Shown here piece after piece: positions 1 through 9,296 of a stretch of DNA of 64,000 nt; positions within the stretch are counted from its first letter, which is position 1; every line of letters starts with the position of its first letter. The stretch covers positions 24,759 to 88,758 of the forward strand of contig JBDRRF010000024.1 of the NCBI GenBank assembly GCA_043825875.1, in the 5' to 3' direction. The translations under genes were made by a program, and so were the position numbers. The stretch comes from Pseudomonadota bacterium. GTDB lineage: Bacteria > Desulfobacterota > Desulfobacteria > Desulfobacterales > RPRI01. The notes beneath the pieces were generated by a model, which had not been told where the DNA came from, did no database searches, and saw nothing but the letters and a program-made list of their open reading frames with translations.

Positions 1-2
1 AA

Positions 3-299
3 GAATTTATCGGACGTGTTAATTCCGGGACGAACGATCTAAGCATTGCAAAAATGAAGAGCCCTTCAGGATGGATAGAACCGGGCCAGAAACCAGAGTT
101 CGATGAATATACAATTGTTCTTAAAGGAATGTTACGGGTGACGACCAAAGAAAATACTGCTGACATAAATGCAGGAGAAGCCATTATTGTACCTTCTGGA
201 AAATGGGTTCAATACAGCACACCGGGTTCTGAAGGCGCTGAATATATAGCAGTATGTTTACCAGCGTTTTCTCCTGAAACTGTTCATCGTGACGAATAA
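3..299 (+). CDS. Cupin-domain protein (EutQ-like), 5' end outside window
   Basis: Frame is open upstream of the track's Met (EFIGRVNSGT...); cupin motifs PEFDEYTIVLKG and AGEAIIVPSG. Confidence 0.75.
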   Translation, partial: EFIGRVNSGTNDLSIAKMKSPSGWIEPGQKPEFDEYTIVLKGMLRVTTKENTADINAGEAIIVPSGKWVQYSTPGSEGAEYIAVCLPAFSPETVHRDE

Positions 300-387
300 A
301 TTATAAATTGAAATAGTGATAGGGCCACGAAACAAACCGTGCGCCCCGTAGTAATTTATTATAATTGAAAAAGAAAAGGAGAAAATC

Positions 388-1212
388 GTGAAAAACTGTA
401 TTAACTATGTTGTTTTTGTTGCTATACTTGCCTTTGCGATACCTTTGTGCGTATCGGCCGAACCCTTGAAACTTTACGCTGCAGGAAGTTTAAAGGCAGC
501 TCTTGGCGATGTGGTGGCTTCTTATGTAAAAACCTATAACACAGAAGTAACCACAAAATTTGGTCCCAGCGGCCTTTTGAGAAAAGCTATTGAAGAAGGT
601 GAAAATCCCGATGTTTTCGCTTCTGCGAATATGAAGCATCCTGAAAAACTTGCTTCTGCGGGATGGGGAAGTCCGGTAGTGCTGTTTGCCCGTAATACGC
701 TTTGTGCATTGGCACAGCCTGATGTAGCGATATCAACGGATAATCTGTATGATACCCTGATGGACAAGAACGTTCGGGTGGGTACCTCCACACCAAAGGC
801 AGACCCAAGCGGAGACTATGCATGGGCACTTTTTCAAAAGGCGGATAAAATAAAGGAGGGGAGTTTCGCAGCTCTTTCCGGAAAAGCTCTCCAACTCACC
901 GGAGGGCCGGACAGTGCCAAGGCTCCCGAAGGACGTAATAAATACGGATGGGTGATGAGCGGGAAAAAGGCTGATGTCTTCCTTACTTACTGCACCAATG
1001 CGGTATTGGCTAAAAAAGAAGTGCCGGATCTTAAGATTATCAAAATACCTCAAGAGCTTTCTGTAGGAGCCGATTACGGGCTTATTGTCAGAAGTGGCGC
1101 ATCTTCTGAAGCATGGCGGCTTGCCATGTATATTTTGTCGCCTGAGGGTCAAAAGATATTAAGAGAATATGGATTTGAAGCTTCGGCGATTCAGAGAGAA
1201 ATAGAGAGGTAG
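388..1212 (+). CDS. modA: Molybdate ABC transporter substrate-binding protein
   Basis: Signal peptide, YAAGSL, FGPSGLL, DVFASAN and ADPSGDYA motifs; AGGAG RBS. No modB/modC adjacent. Confidence 0.9.
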   Translation: MKNCINYVVFVAILAFAIPLCVSAEPLKLYAAGSLKAALGDVVASYVKTYNTEVTTKFGPSGLLRKAIEEGENPDVFASANMKHPEKLASAGWGSPVVLFARNTLCALAQPDVAISTDNLYDTLMDKNVRVGTSTPKADPSGDYAWALFQKADKIKEGSFAALSGKALQLTGGPDSAKAPEGRNKYGWVMSGKKADVFLTYCTNAVLAKKEVPDLKIIKIPQELSVGADYGLIVRSGASSEAWRLAMYILSPEGQKILREYGFEASAIQREIER

Positions 1213-1217
1213 CTCAT

Positions 1218-2444
1218 ATGAGCAAGGAATTTCAAATCGAACGTCACAAGAAATTGTTGGAGGAAAAGACCAAGCAGGCTAAACGAGTAGTTTTCGGAGG
1301 GCTTTTGTTCGGCATCTTTATACTTGTAAATGTGCTTACGCCTTACATAAATGATTTGAAAGAGATAAATAAAGTCGAGCTGGAAATTAAAAAGTATAAT
1401 TCAGAGATTCGGGAAATCGAAAAGACTTTACAGCCACTCAATGAACTATCAAAAATACTTGATAGTATACAGAAGTTAGTTGCAAAAAGACCTTGGGATG
1501 TTGAAACAAATAAACTTATTAACAAGTTCCGGGAGATGAATATCAGAGGGGGAGTAAATTGGAATGATTATCAGGCTGAGGCTGATGCTACAATCAATTC
1601 TGTTGCTGCTTTGGTAAATAATGGTGTGATTGAGCCTTTAAATAAATTTCTTTCCGACTCTCCTTCTTCAAAAAATCTTATCCCTGAACTTGTCGAAGAG
1701 TTAAAAACTCTTCCTGAGACTGTAGACACATGGGTAAGTGAAAATAAAGGAAAAAGATGGTATCTAACCATTGAAATGAAGACAGCTCAAATTGATAGAT
1801 TGTCAAATACTCTTGGCAATAAACTTAAATCGGTCTCAAGGACGATTGTCCGTGAAAAACCAAACTTGATCAACCGTCAGGCAAATATAAAGGCAAGCTT
1901 GGAAAAATTGAGAAACAACCCGGAGTATCGGGACAAAGAAGAGAGATTGGAAAAACTACGGTCTCAAATGGAAAAGGTCCTGCCTGCCTGGCTTAAGGGT
2001 ATGATATTTGTTGAACAGATGGTGCAGATTTTTCCATTTATTATCGTTATTCTGACAGCATATGTCTTAATTATCGCTTCAGGAGTTGCTTCGCATTATA
2101 GATTCCTTGCACGGGAACTTAATTTTGGTGAAGAAGGTTATAACGATCCAAGCTTTTCTTCTTTATGGACACTAATATACCGGGGAAGACTCGGCACACT
2201 ATTGACAGTAAGTGTTTATATCATTTTTATCCTGATTATGTGGTTTTTCTTTGAGTCCGGAAGAGAAATACTTGCAGGCTGGTTAGAAATCGAAAAAGCC
2301 TGGTTTATAAACACTGATAATTTTCCGGTGATTGTATGGCTTTCCAGAATGTTGCTGGCCTCACTTATTGCTTATACGGCTATATACCCTTATTACCAGA
2401 AACGAAAAAGCGATGCGGTGCATACAACATTGGAAAAGAAGTAA
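1218..2444 (+). CDS. Hypothetical membrane protein with long coiled-coil/helical region
   Basis: 408-aa ORF with GAGG RBS; one N-terminal and about three C-terminal hydrophobic segments around a heptad-rich region. Confidence 0.7.
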   Translation: MSKEFQIERHKKLLEEKTKQAKRVVFGGLLFGIFILVNVLTPYINDLKEINKVELEIKKYNSEIREIEKTLQPLNELSKILDSIQKLVAKRPWDVETNKLINKFREMNIRGGVNWNDYQAEADATINSVAALVNNGVIEPLNKFLSDSPSSKNLIPELVEELKTLPETVDTWVSENKGKRWYLTIEMKTAQIDRLSNTLGNKLKSVSRTIVREKPNLINRQANIKASLEKLRNNPEYRDKEERLEKLRSQMEKVLPAWLKGMIFVEQMVQIFPFIIVILTAYVLIIASGVASHYRFLARELNFGEEGYNDPSFSSLWTLIYRGRLGTLLTVSVYIIFILIMWFFFESGREILAGWLEIEKAWFINTDNFPVIVWLSRMLLASLIAYTAIYPYYQKRKSDAVHTTLEKK

Positions 2445-2504
2445 TGTAAGTAAATGAAGATTTTTCCAGGAATTTTAAGAGGCTGTGCAGAAGGAGCTAT
2501 AGAC

Positions 2505-3278
2505 ATGAAAACATCATTTGCGGTTTCAACCGATGGAACACGCATTGCCTATGACATTAGCGGAGCCGGAGAGTCTATAGTATTGTTGCACGGAGGTTTG
2601 CATACCCGGCAGCACTGGCATAATGCGGGTTATGTTGAGCGACTTAATAAAGAGTTTAAAGTTATTACTATCGATATCAGAGGCAATGGAGAAAGCGACA
2701 AGTATCTTGACCCGGCTTATTATACAACTAAAAAGCATTGCGAAGATATTCTGGCTGTAGCCGCTGAATGCGGCATCAAGAGCTTTACGGTCTGGGGTTA
2801 TTCCTATGGCGCAAATATCGGGCGCTATCTGGCCGCCAAATCGGATTTGGTGGATAAGTTTATCATTTTAGGATACACTTTTGGGCCCGGCGCTTCAGGA
2901 ACTTTTCGCCAATTTATTCCTGATTTCCATGACCGCTGGGTGCCAATTTTACAAGCACAGGCAGATAAAACTTTAGATGTTCAAACATTATCAGGAAAAG
3001 ATCAGGAATTTCTTAAAAGCGGGGAGATACCGATTATACTGGCGTGGCTTAGCCCAATTCTTGATTGGCCACCGGTTGAACCTGCTGATTTGCTTTGTCC
3101 TACACTTTGGCTTGCAGGTTCAAAAAATGATGATGTGATGGCTAACATGAAAGAATATGAAGCAAATATTGAATCAACAAAAGTCAAAATTAAGGTTTTA
3201 GAAGGATTGGATCACTGGCATGAATTTGCAGAGGTTGATCGTGTCTTATCTGTTGTACTACCTTTTATTAAGTCGTAG
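2505..3278 (+). CDS. Alpha/beta hydrolase
   Basis: LLHGG oxyanion motif, DIRGNGES, GYSYG nucleophile elbow, C-terminal His (GLDH). Start moved to the ATG at 2505 after AGGAG. Confidence 0.88.
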   Translation: MKTSFAVSTDGTRIAYDISGAGESIVLLHGGLHTRQHWHNAGYVERLNKEFKVITIDIRGNGESDKYLDPAYYTTKKHCEDILAVAAECGIKSFTVWGYSYGANIGRYLAAKSDLVDKFIILGYTFGPGASGTFRQFIPDFHDRWVPILQAQADKTLDVQTLSGKDQEFLKSGEIPIILAWLSPILDWPPVEPADLLCPTLWLAGSKNDDVMANMKEYEANIESTKVKIKVLEGLDHWHEFAEVDRVLSVVLPFIKS

Positions 3279-3496
3279 AATTTTTTTTGGTGAAACATCC
3301 GGCAAATTCATGACTGATCTGAACTCAGGCTTTTTATTTTCTCTTATAAAGATGGTTAGAAACCTTTACCGGTTTAGAAAGTGTGATTTTTGGAAAACAA
3401 GTACTGCAAATAATAACAACGGTATTTTATAGAATAAGTATCACCACAGTTATTATTTGCATAAATAAATTATAGATAAATATTAACTATTCTATA

Positions 3497-3964
3497 TTAT
3501 CGCTGTATCTCCTTAACCGAGAGTATTGCCTCGACAATCTTGGCATAACCGGTGCAGCGACACATATTTCCTGAAATGGCATCCTTTGCCTCATCCTTTG
3601 TAGGATGCGGATTACTATCCAGCAAGGCTTTACCAGACATAATCATTCCCGGAGTGCAATAACCGCATTGGACCGCCCCCTTCTCATGAAAGGCCTTCTG
3701 AAGCGGGTGAAGTTTGCCATTCTGGGCAAGACCTTCAATGGTTTGGATATCCTTTCCCTTGGCTGAACTTGCTAAAACAAGACAGGAAAACACTGGTTTT
3801 CCATTCAAAAGAACAGTGCAGGCGCCGCAGGAACCCTCGTTACAGGCCTCTTTTGTTCCCGTCAAGTGAAGCTCATCCCGTAATACTTCCAAAAGTGTCT
3901 GATTTGGTGCTGCCGCCACCTCATAGACTTCCCCGTTCACTTTTAATTCTACCAGTCTTTTCAT
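3497..3964 (-). CDS. [2Fe-2S] small subunit of xanthine-dehydrogenase-family enzyme (HcrC/CoxS-like)
   Basis: CNEGSCGAC, QCGYCTPG and CRCTGY motifs. Confidence 0.95.
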   Translation of the reverse strand: MKRLVELKVNGEVYEVAAAPNQTLLEVLRDELHLTGTKEACNEGSCGACTVLLNGKPVFSCLVLASSAKGKDIQTIEGLAQNGKLHPLQKAFHEKGAVQCGYCTPGMIMSGKALLDSNPHPTKDEAKDAISGNMCRCTGYAKIVEAILSVKEIQR

Positions 3965-4965
3965 TACGCTTTCCCCCCCTTAGCTTCTTCCCACACCTTC
4001 ATGCAGGCACGTTTAACAAATACCCTTACCATCTCTTTTAGATACCATGCCGAATAACCATGATTCGGGTAAGGCGCAATTTCTTGATGCGCTTGCAAGG
4101 CAGCCTCTTCTATCAGATCATCGCTCAATCTCGCCCCTTCCAAAACACCTTCCGCCTTAACTGCTTCCACGGGAGCGGAGCTTACAGAGGTAAGCCAAAT
4201 TTTTGCATTCTTTACTATCTCTTTATCTATCGTCATATAGGCCGCCGCACCCACAATGGGAAAATCGATTGAGCCACGCTCCCGGTATTTTACATAAGCC
4301 CCATAGCTTAAAGAAGACGGCTTTATTATCTGTATCTCCGCTATCAGCTCTTCAGGCAATAAGGCATATGCATTTTCTCCCTTGCCGGAATAGATTTGAG
4401 AAAGATCAAGAATGCGTTCTCCTTCAGAACCTATAATCCGCACCTTTGCACTCAGAGTCAGTAAAACCGGCGCAACATCGCCTGAATAAACGGCAAAACA
4501 TTTCTTTCCTTTCTTGACCAAATGACAAATATTGCCTCCCCTCTTAAAACATTTATCCCATACTGACTGCCCGAAAAGATGTGAATGATCATAGTAGAGG
4601 CAACGTGTATCCTGGCACAGGTTTCCTCCAAGGGTTGCAAGATTACGAATCTGAAGAGAACCTACCGCCTTTGCAGCTTGGGCAAGTGGTGACAGATTAC
4701 CTTCTATCAAAGGGGATTCCTCCATTTCCCCAAGAGTAACAAGAGCACCTATTTTAAGAATGTCTCCCTCCTCACTGATCGAGCGCAAACCGGAAATTCC
4801 CTGAAGATTGACAAGCGCTTTTGCTTCTGACACCCTTCTTTTTAGTTTAGGCAATAAGTCAGTTCCCCCGGCAATGCCCTTTGCCTTCCCTTTATGCATA
4901 GAGAGCAGATTAACCGCATCCTGTATGGTTTCCGGTTCAAAATATTCAAAATTCGGCAGTTTCAT
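3964..4965 (-). CDS. FAD subunit with [4Fe-4S] insertion (4-hydroxybenzoyl-CoA reductase beta-like)
   Basis: AGGTDL and RNLATLGGN FAD motifs, plus insert CQDTRC-x16-C-x7-C-x8-C. Confidence 0.9.
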   Translation of the reverse strand: MKLPNFEYFEPETIQDAVNLLSMHKGKAKGIAGGTDLLPKLKRRVSEAKALVNLQGISGLRSISEEGDILKIGALVTLGEMEESPLIEGNLSPLAQAAKAVGSLQIRNLATLGGNLCQDTRCLYYDHSHLFGQSVWDKCFKRGGNICHLVKKGKKCFAVYSGDVAPVLLTLSAKVRIIGSEGERILDLSQIYSGKGENAYALLPEELIAEIQIIKPSSLSYGAYVKYRERGSIDFPIVGAAAYMTIDKEIVKNAKIWLTSVSSAPVEAVKAEGVLEGARLSDDLIEEAALQAHQEIAPYPNHGYSAWYLKEMVRVFVKRACMKVWEEAKGGKA

Positions 4966-4966
4966 T

Positions 4967-7285
4967 TTATGCTTCTCCTTTCTTCTTCTTTAGCTCTCTT
5001 AAGACTTTCTCAGGGGTTATGGGGGTTTCTTTGAACCTTATTCCTGTTGCATCATATATGGCATTTAGTATAGCCGGTGCAATCGGGCCTACAAGTCCTT
5101 CAGCACCCTCTTTGGCTCCATACGGCCCCCCGGGGTCATTTGATTCAACAAAAACACCGGTCATTCCCGGCATATCCACGGCTGTAGGCATTTTGTAATC
5201 TAAAAAATCGGGAGTTAGTGTCTTCCCTTCTTCTACAACAATGTTTTCAAATAAGGCATAACCGATTCCCATCTGGCAGGCCCCTTCCAATTGGCCTTCC
5301 GCGCCAAGCAGATTGATTACCCGGCCACAGTCGTGGCTATGATACAAGTTAGTGACTTTTACCCGGCCGGTATCTTTATCAACTTCTACTTCCGCTACAA
5401 CCGCCCCGAATGTATAGGCTGGTGAAAAACTTCCATATCCGGTAAGCATATTAAGCTTGGCCAATTGTTTCGGATCAGGATTCCAGGTTCCTTCTCCCAT
5501 GATGGTCATTCCTTTATGAGCAAGTTGACACAGTTCAACAGCTTCTGCAAAAGATACGCCCTTTTCCGGAGAACCTTTGACATATATCCGCCGGTTCCTG
5601 GCATCAAGATCTTCAGCATTAGCTTCGAACTTTTCTGCAACCACCTTAAAAAGTTTCTGCTTCAAATCTATTGCAGCGCTTTTGGCGGCATTTCCCGACT
5701 GAAACGTACACCGGGCCGAAACTGTAAGTGCATCCGGCGGACTATAATCCGTATCCACAGACGAGATCTTTACGTCTTCCATTCGTAATCCAAGCTCTTC
5801 GGCTACAATTTGGCTAAGCACCGTATCAGATCCCTGACCGATATCCGAAACCCCGGATAGTATGAATGCGCATCCATCCGGACTCGCTTTGACAAAAATT
5901 GTGGAGGATGCGGTATATTGACCCAGCAGGGAAAGCTGGTGTCCGCTGAAAAGTCCGGTGCTTGACATACCAATGCCTTTTAACGGTGGCATCTTCTTAT
6001 ATTTCTTTTTCCATTCTGTCTTTTCCTCAAGTTTTTGTAGGCACTCTTGCAGTCCGCCGCTTGATATATAAAAACCATTGACCGTTGTATCTCCTGTTCT
6101 TAAGCCGTTTTTCATTCTCAAGTCTATCGGATCTATACCTAACTCCTCAGCCACCAAATCCATTTGAATTTCAGAGGCCAGATATGATTGTGGAGATGTG
6201 TATCCCCGCATGGCTGTGCAAGGGGAGTTGTTTGTATAAAACCGCTGAGATTCAAACCTGATGTTGGGCTGCCTGTAAACATGGCTTAACCACAGAGCGG
6301 CAAGAAAGGTTACAACCGGACCGTGTGTATTATATGCACCCCCATCCAGCTTAATATTGGCTTTGCGGCTAACAATGGTACCATCTTTTTTAACACCTAT
6401 TTTTATGACGATTTCAGTGCGGTGTCTTCTGCAGCTTGCAGCAAATTCCTCTTCCCGTGTGTAACAAATCCTGACTGGTTTGCCGGTTTTTTTCGATAAC
6501 AGGGCGCAATGAAGATCCAGAGGATAAATACCAGCTTTTCCTCCAAAACCGCCACCAACATGGGGTTTAACCACTCTTACATTTCCTGTCGGCATATCTA
6601 AAACAAGTGCAAGAAGTTGCTTGGTCAAAAAGGGAGATTGTGTCGAAGTCCACAGGGTCACCCTCCCGGAGGAATCAAAACCGGCCACGGAATTGTGGGG
6701 TTCTAAAAAGCAATGTTGAACCAGATGTGTCACAAACTTGTCTTCCCTGACATAGTCTGATTCCCGGAAGCCTTTTTCCACATCACCAAAGTCCATTAAT
6801 ATGCTTGTATGCATATTCCCCGTAACATGATCGTGGATTGAGGGAGCATCCGGCTTAATGGCATCTGCGATACTTAATACAGCCGGAAGTCGCTCATATT
6901 CCACATGGATGTGCTTCAGGGCTTCCTCGGCAATATCTTCACTGATAGCGGCAACTGCGGCAACATCGTTTCCCACAAATCTGACTTTATCCCGTGCCAG
7001 AAGATATCGATCAGCAGTCTCAGGAAACATTGACATCGCAAGCCCATATTTTACATTCGGAATATCGCGGCCCGTAATAACAGCTTTTACCCCCTTAATT
7101 TTTTCTGCTTTACTCGTATCAATGTTAAGTATCCCGGCATGTGGATAAGGGCTTCTAAGAATCTTGCCGTATAGCATTCCGGGCAGAGCGATATCGGTTG
7201 TAAATACTGCCTCGCCTTTAGTCTTCTGTGGGCCTTCCACACGGGGAATTGATTTGCCAATAACTGAATATCCTTCTTCTTTCAT
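4967..7285 (-). CDS. Molybdopterin-binding large subunit (4-HBCR alpha-like / XDH family)
   Basis: LRSPYPHA, GGGFGGK, AMRGY, GQGSDT and GAKEGAEG motifs. Confidence 0.93.
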   Translation of the reverse strand: MKEEGYSVIGKSIPRVEGPQKTKGEAVFTTDIALPGMLYGKILRSPYPHAGILNIDTSKAEKIKGVKAVITGRDIPNVKYGLAMSMFPETADRYLLARDKVRFVGNDVAAVAAISEDIAEEALKHIHVEYERLPAVLSIADAIKPDAPSIHDHVTGNMHTSILMDFGDVEKGFRESDYVREDKFVTHLVQHCFLEPHNSVAGFDSSGRVTLWTSTQSPFLTKQLLALVLDMPTGNVRVVKPHVGGGFGGKAGIYPLDLHCALLSKKTGKPVRICYTREEEFAASCRRHRTEIVIKIGVKKDGTIVSRKANIKLDGGAYNTHGPVVTFLAALWLSHVYRQPNIRFESQRFYTNNSPCTAMRGYTSPQSYLASEIQMDLVAEELGIDPIDLRMKNGLRTGDTTVNGFYISSGGLQECLQKLEEKTEWKKKYKKMPPLKGIGMSSTGLFSGHQLSLLGQYTASSTIFVKASPDGCAFILSGVSDIGQGSDTVLSQIVAEELGLRMEDVKISSVDTDYSPPDALTVSARCTFQSGNAAKSAAIDLKQKLFKVVAEKFEANAEDLDARNRRIYVKGSPEKGVSFAEAVELCQLAHKGMTIMGEGTWNPDPKQLAKLNMLTGYGSFSPAYTFGAVVAEVEVDKDTGRVKVTNLYHSHDCGRVINLLGAEGQLEGACQMGIGYALFENIVVEEGKTLTPDFLDYKMPTAVDMPGMTGVFVESNDPGGPYGAKEGAEGLVGPIAPAILNAIYDATGIRFKETPITPEKVLRELKKKKGEA

Positions 7286-7362
7286 ATTCTCTCCTTTGTT
7301 GCTTTACGGGCAATGGCATTATCGGAATCATTTGTGCTAACTAAAATTATCATAGATAACAA

Positions 7363-7378
7363 AGCAAATTAGACGCCA
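7363..7378 (-). promoter_or_regulatory. Sigma-54 (-24/-12) promoter of the Mo-hydroxylase operon
   Basis: Minus strand reads TGGCGTCTAATTTGCT (GG-N10-GC), about 80 bp upstream of the ATG and next to a divergent sigma-54 activator. Confidence 0.8.
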
Positions 7379-7428
7379 ATATTTTATATCTAAATAATTA
7401 AGCATATTATACTTGCAAAATTAATAAA

Positions 7429-7470
7429 ATGCCATATACGGCATATTATTTATGCCATATATGGCATAAA
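7429..7470. promoter_or_regulatory. Tandem palindromic upstream activating sequences
   Basis: ATGCCATATACGGCAT (7429-7444) and the perfect 22-bp palindrome TTTATGCCATATATGGCATAAA (7449-7470). Confidence 0.75.
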
Positions 7471-7524
7471 TATGTTATAAACATTAAATATGGTATTTTT
7501 ATTACCCCAAAGAGAAATAGAACT

Positions 7525-9087
7525 ATGAATGACAAAGGTTTTTTTCACCAAGCTACTTTGCGGATCTGCAAAAGTATAGAACTTGATTCGGTTGTAGGCG
7601 ATTGCTTTGATTTTCTAAAGCAGTTTATGCCCATAAATACATTGTCGTTGAATATTTATGATCCGGATGCTGGGACTATCAAAAATGTCGCCCAAAAAAC
7701 AGACAATGAAAGTATGTCGTTTGGATCTTCAGTTCAACTTTCAGCTGAGGCCAAGGTATTTCTTGAAAAACCAAAACCTTCAAAGGTGATAGTTGTTAAG
7801 CGTCAAAAAGACCATGTTATCGGCCGGATACTATCCAAAGCATTTAAAGCAAGAGAAATTTCGGGCATGGTAATGTTTCTTGAAACTAAAGAAAAACTTT
7901 TGGGCGGTGTGTCTTTGTTTTCCAGTGGTTATGACAATTATTCAAAAGAGCATGCCAGACTTCTTGCCCTCCTGCACGACCCTTTTGCTGTGGCCATGTC
8001 CAATGCTTTAAGATATCATGAGGTGGTTAAGTTAAAAGACATGCTTGTTGACGATAACCGCTATCTCAGCCGGGAGCTTCATCGTATCAGCGGTGAAGAA
8101 ATCATCGGACAGAATTTTGGTTTAAAGGATGTCATGGAAATGGTAAGGCAGGTAGCACCTTTAGACAGCAACGCACTCCTTTTGGGCGAAACCGGAGTGG
8201 GCAAGGAGATAATTGCCAATGCGATTCATTATTCGTCTCCCCGCAGCCGGGGGCCATTTATAAAGGTCAATTGCGGGGCTATCCCGGAAAGCCTTTTAGA
8301 CAGTGAATTGTTCGGACATGAAAAGGGGGCCTTTACAGGGGCGGTGTCACGCAAGCGGGGCCGTTTTGAGCGCGCCCATACCGGATCTATTTTCCTGGAT
8401 GAAATCGGGGAACTTCAGCCCCAGGCTCAGGTCAGACTCCTTCGTGTGATTCAAAACATGGAAATCGAGCGGGTCGGCGGGGAAAAACCGGTTCCTGTTA
8501 ATATCCGGATCATTGCCGCATCCCATAGAAATCTGGAAGAGATGGTGCGGGCCGGAAAATTCAGAGAAGATTTATGGTACCGGCTGAATGTGTTTCCTAT
8601 TACGATTCCTCCACTGAGGCACAGGCTTTCGGATATTCCCTCTCTGGTTAACTACTTCATAGAACAAAAATCAAGGCAGATGAATTTAAAGAATTATCCG
8701 GTTCTTGCTCCTGGTGCCATTGAACGCTTGCAGTCTTACCAATGGCCCGGAAATGTTAGGGAGCTTGAAAATGCAATTGAACGGGCTCTGATTCGTAGCA
8801 GTACTGCATCTATCGATGAACCTCTGCGTTTTGATGATTTTACTCCTTCAGAAGTTCAAGCAACGAACCGGAAGATTTCACATCAAGAAGTGCTGCCACT
8901 TAAACTTAACGAGGCCATGAGAAACCATATTCAAAAAGTGCTGGATATGACAAATGGAAAGATTCAAGGAAAAGATGGAGCGGCAGCCATTCTGGGTATT
9001 CATTCCAGCACCCTTAGAAACCGTATGGTCAAACTTGGAATCACATTTAACCGTAAACAAAAACGACTATCCCCGGCCTGTTCATAA
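7525..9087 (+). CDS. Sigma-54-dependent activator (GAF-like sensor + AAA+ + HTH)
   Basis: GETGVGKE, GAFTGA, FLDEIGEL, WPGNVRELEN and a C-terminal HTH. Start moved to 7525 because the longer ORF runs through the UAS. Confidence 0.92.
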   Translation: MNDKGFFHQATLRICKSIELDSVVGDCFDFLKQFMPINTLSLNIYDPDAGTIKNVAQKTDNESMSFGSSVQLSAEAKVFLEKPKPSKVIVVKRQKDHVIGRILSKAFKAREISGMVMFLETKEKLLGGVSLFSSGYDNYSKEHARLLALLHDPFAVAMSNALRYHEVVKLKDMLVDDNRYLSRELHRISGEEIIGQNFGLKDVMEMVRQVAPLDSNALLLGETGVGKEIIANAIHYSSPRSRGPFIKVNCGAIPESLLDSELFGHEKGAFTGAVSRKRGRFERAHTGSIFLDEIGELQPQAQVRLLRVIQNMEIERVGGEKPVPVNIRIIAASHRNLEEMVRAGKFREDLWYRLNVFPITIPPLRHRLSDIPSLVNYFIEQKSRQMNLKNYPVLAPGAIERLQSYQWPGNVRELENAIERALIRSSTASIDEPLRFDDFTPSEVQATNRKISHQEVLPLKLNEAMRNHIQKVLDMTNGKIQGKDGAAAILGIHSSTLRNRMVKLGITFNRKQKRLSPACS

Positions 9088-9296
9088 AAACAATATGAGG
9101 CTTTCTTGAAATTATTTACATATTAACTTGGATATATAAAGGTATTGGGTACAATATACCCAAATGCATCCTGCATTCTTTACATCTGCCTCTTGCATAA
9201 TAAACCTTATATCGTGTATCTATTAGAAAACTGATTTATCCGGTGCCGACATCGGGGCCGGTTGGAAAACATCTGTCTTGGTAATTGGAATAAATT

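Noticed and set aside
320..350. Possible REP remnant or Moco riboswitch before modA
   Set aside because: Only a weak GC hairpin; the 88-bp gap is too short for a riboswitch.
7429..7524. N-terminal 32 aa of the track's activator ORF
   Set aside because: It is a translation of the enhancer palindromes; the downstream ATG is more plausible.
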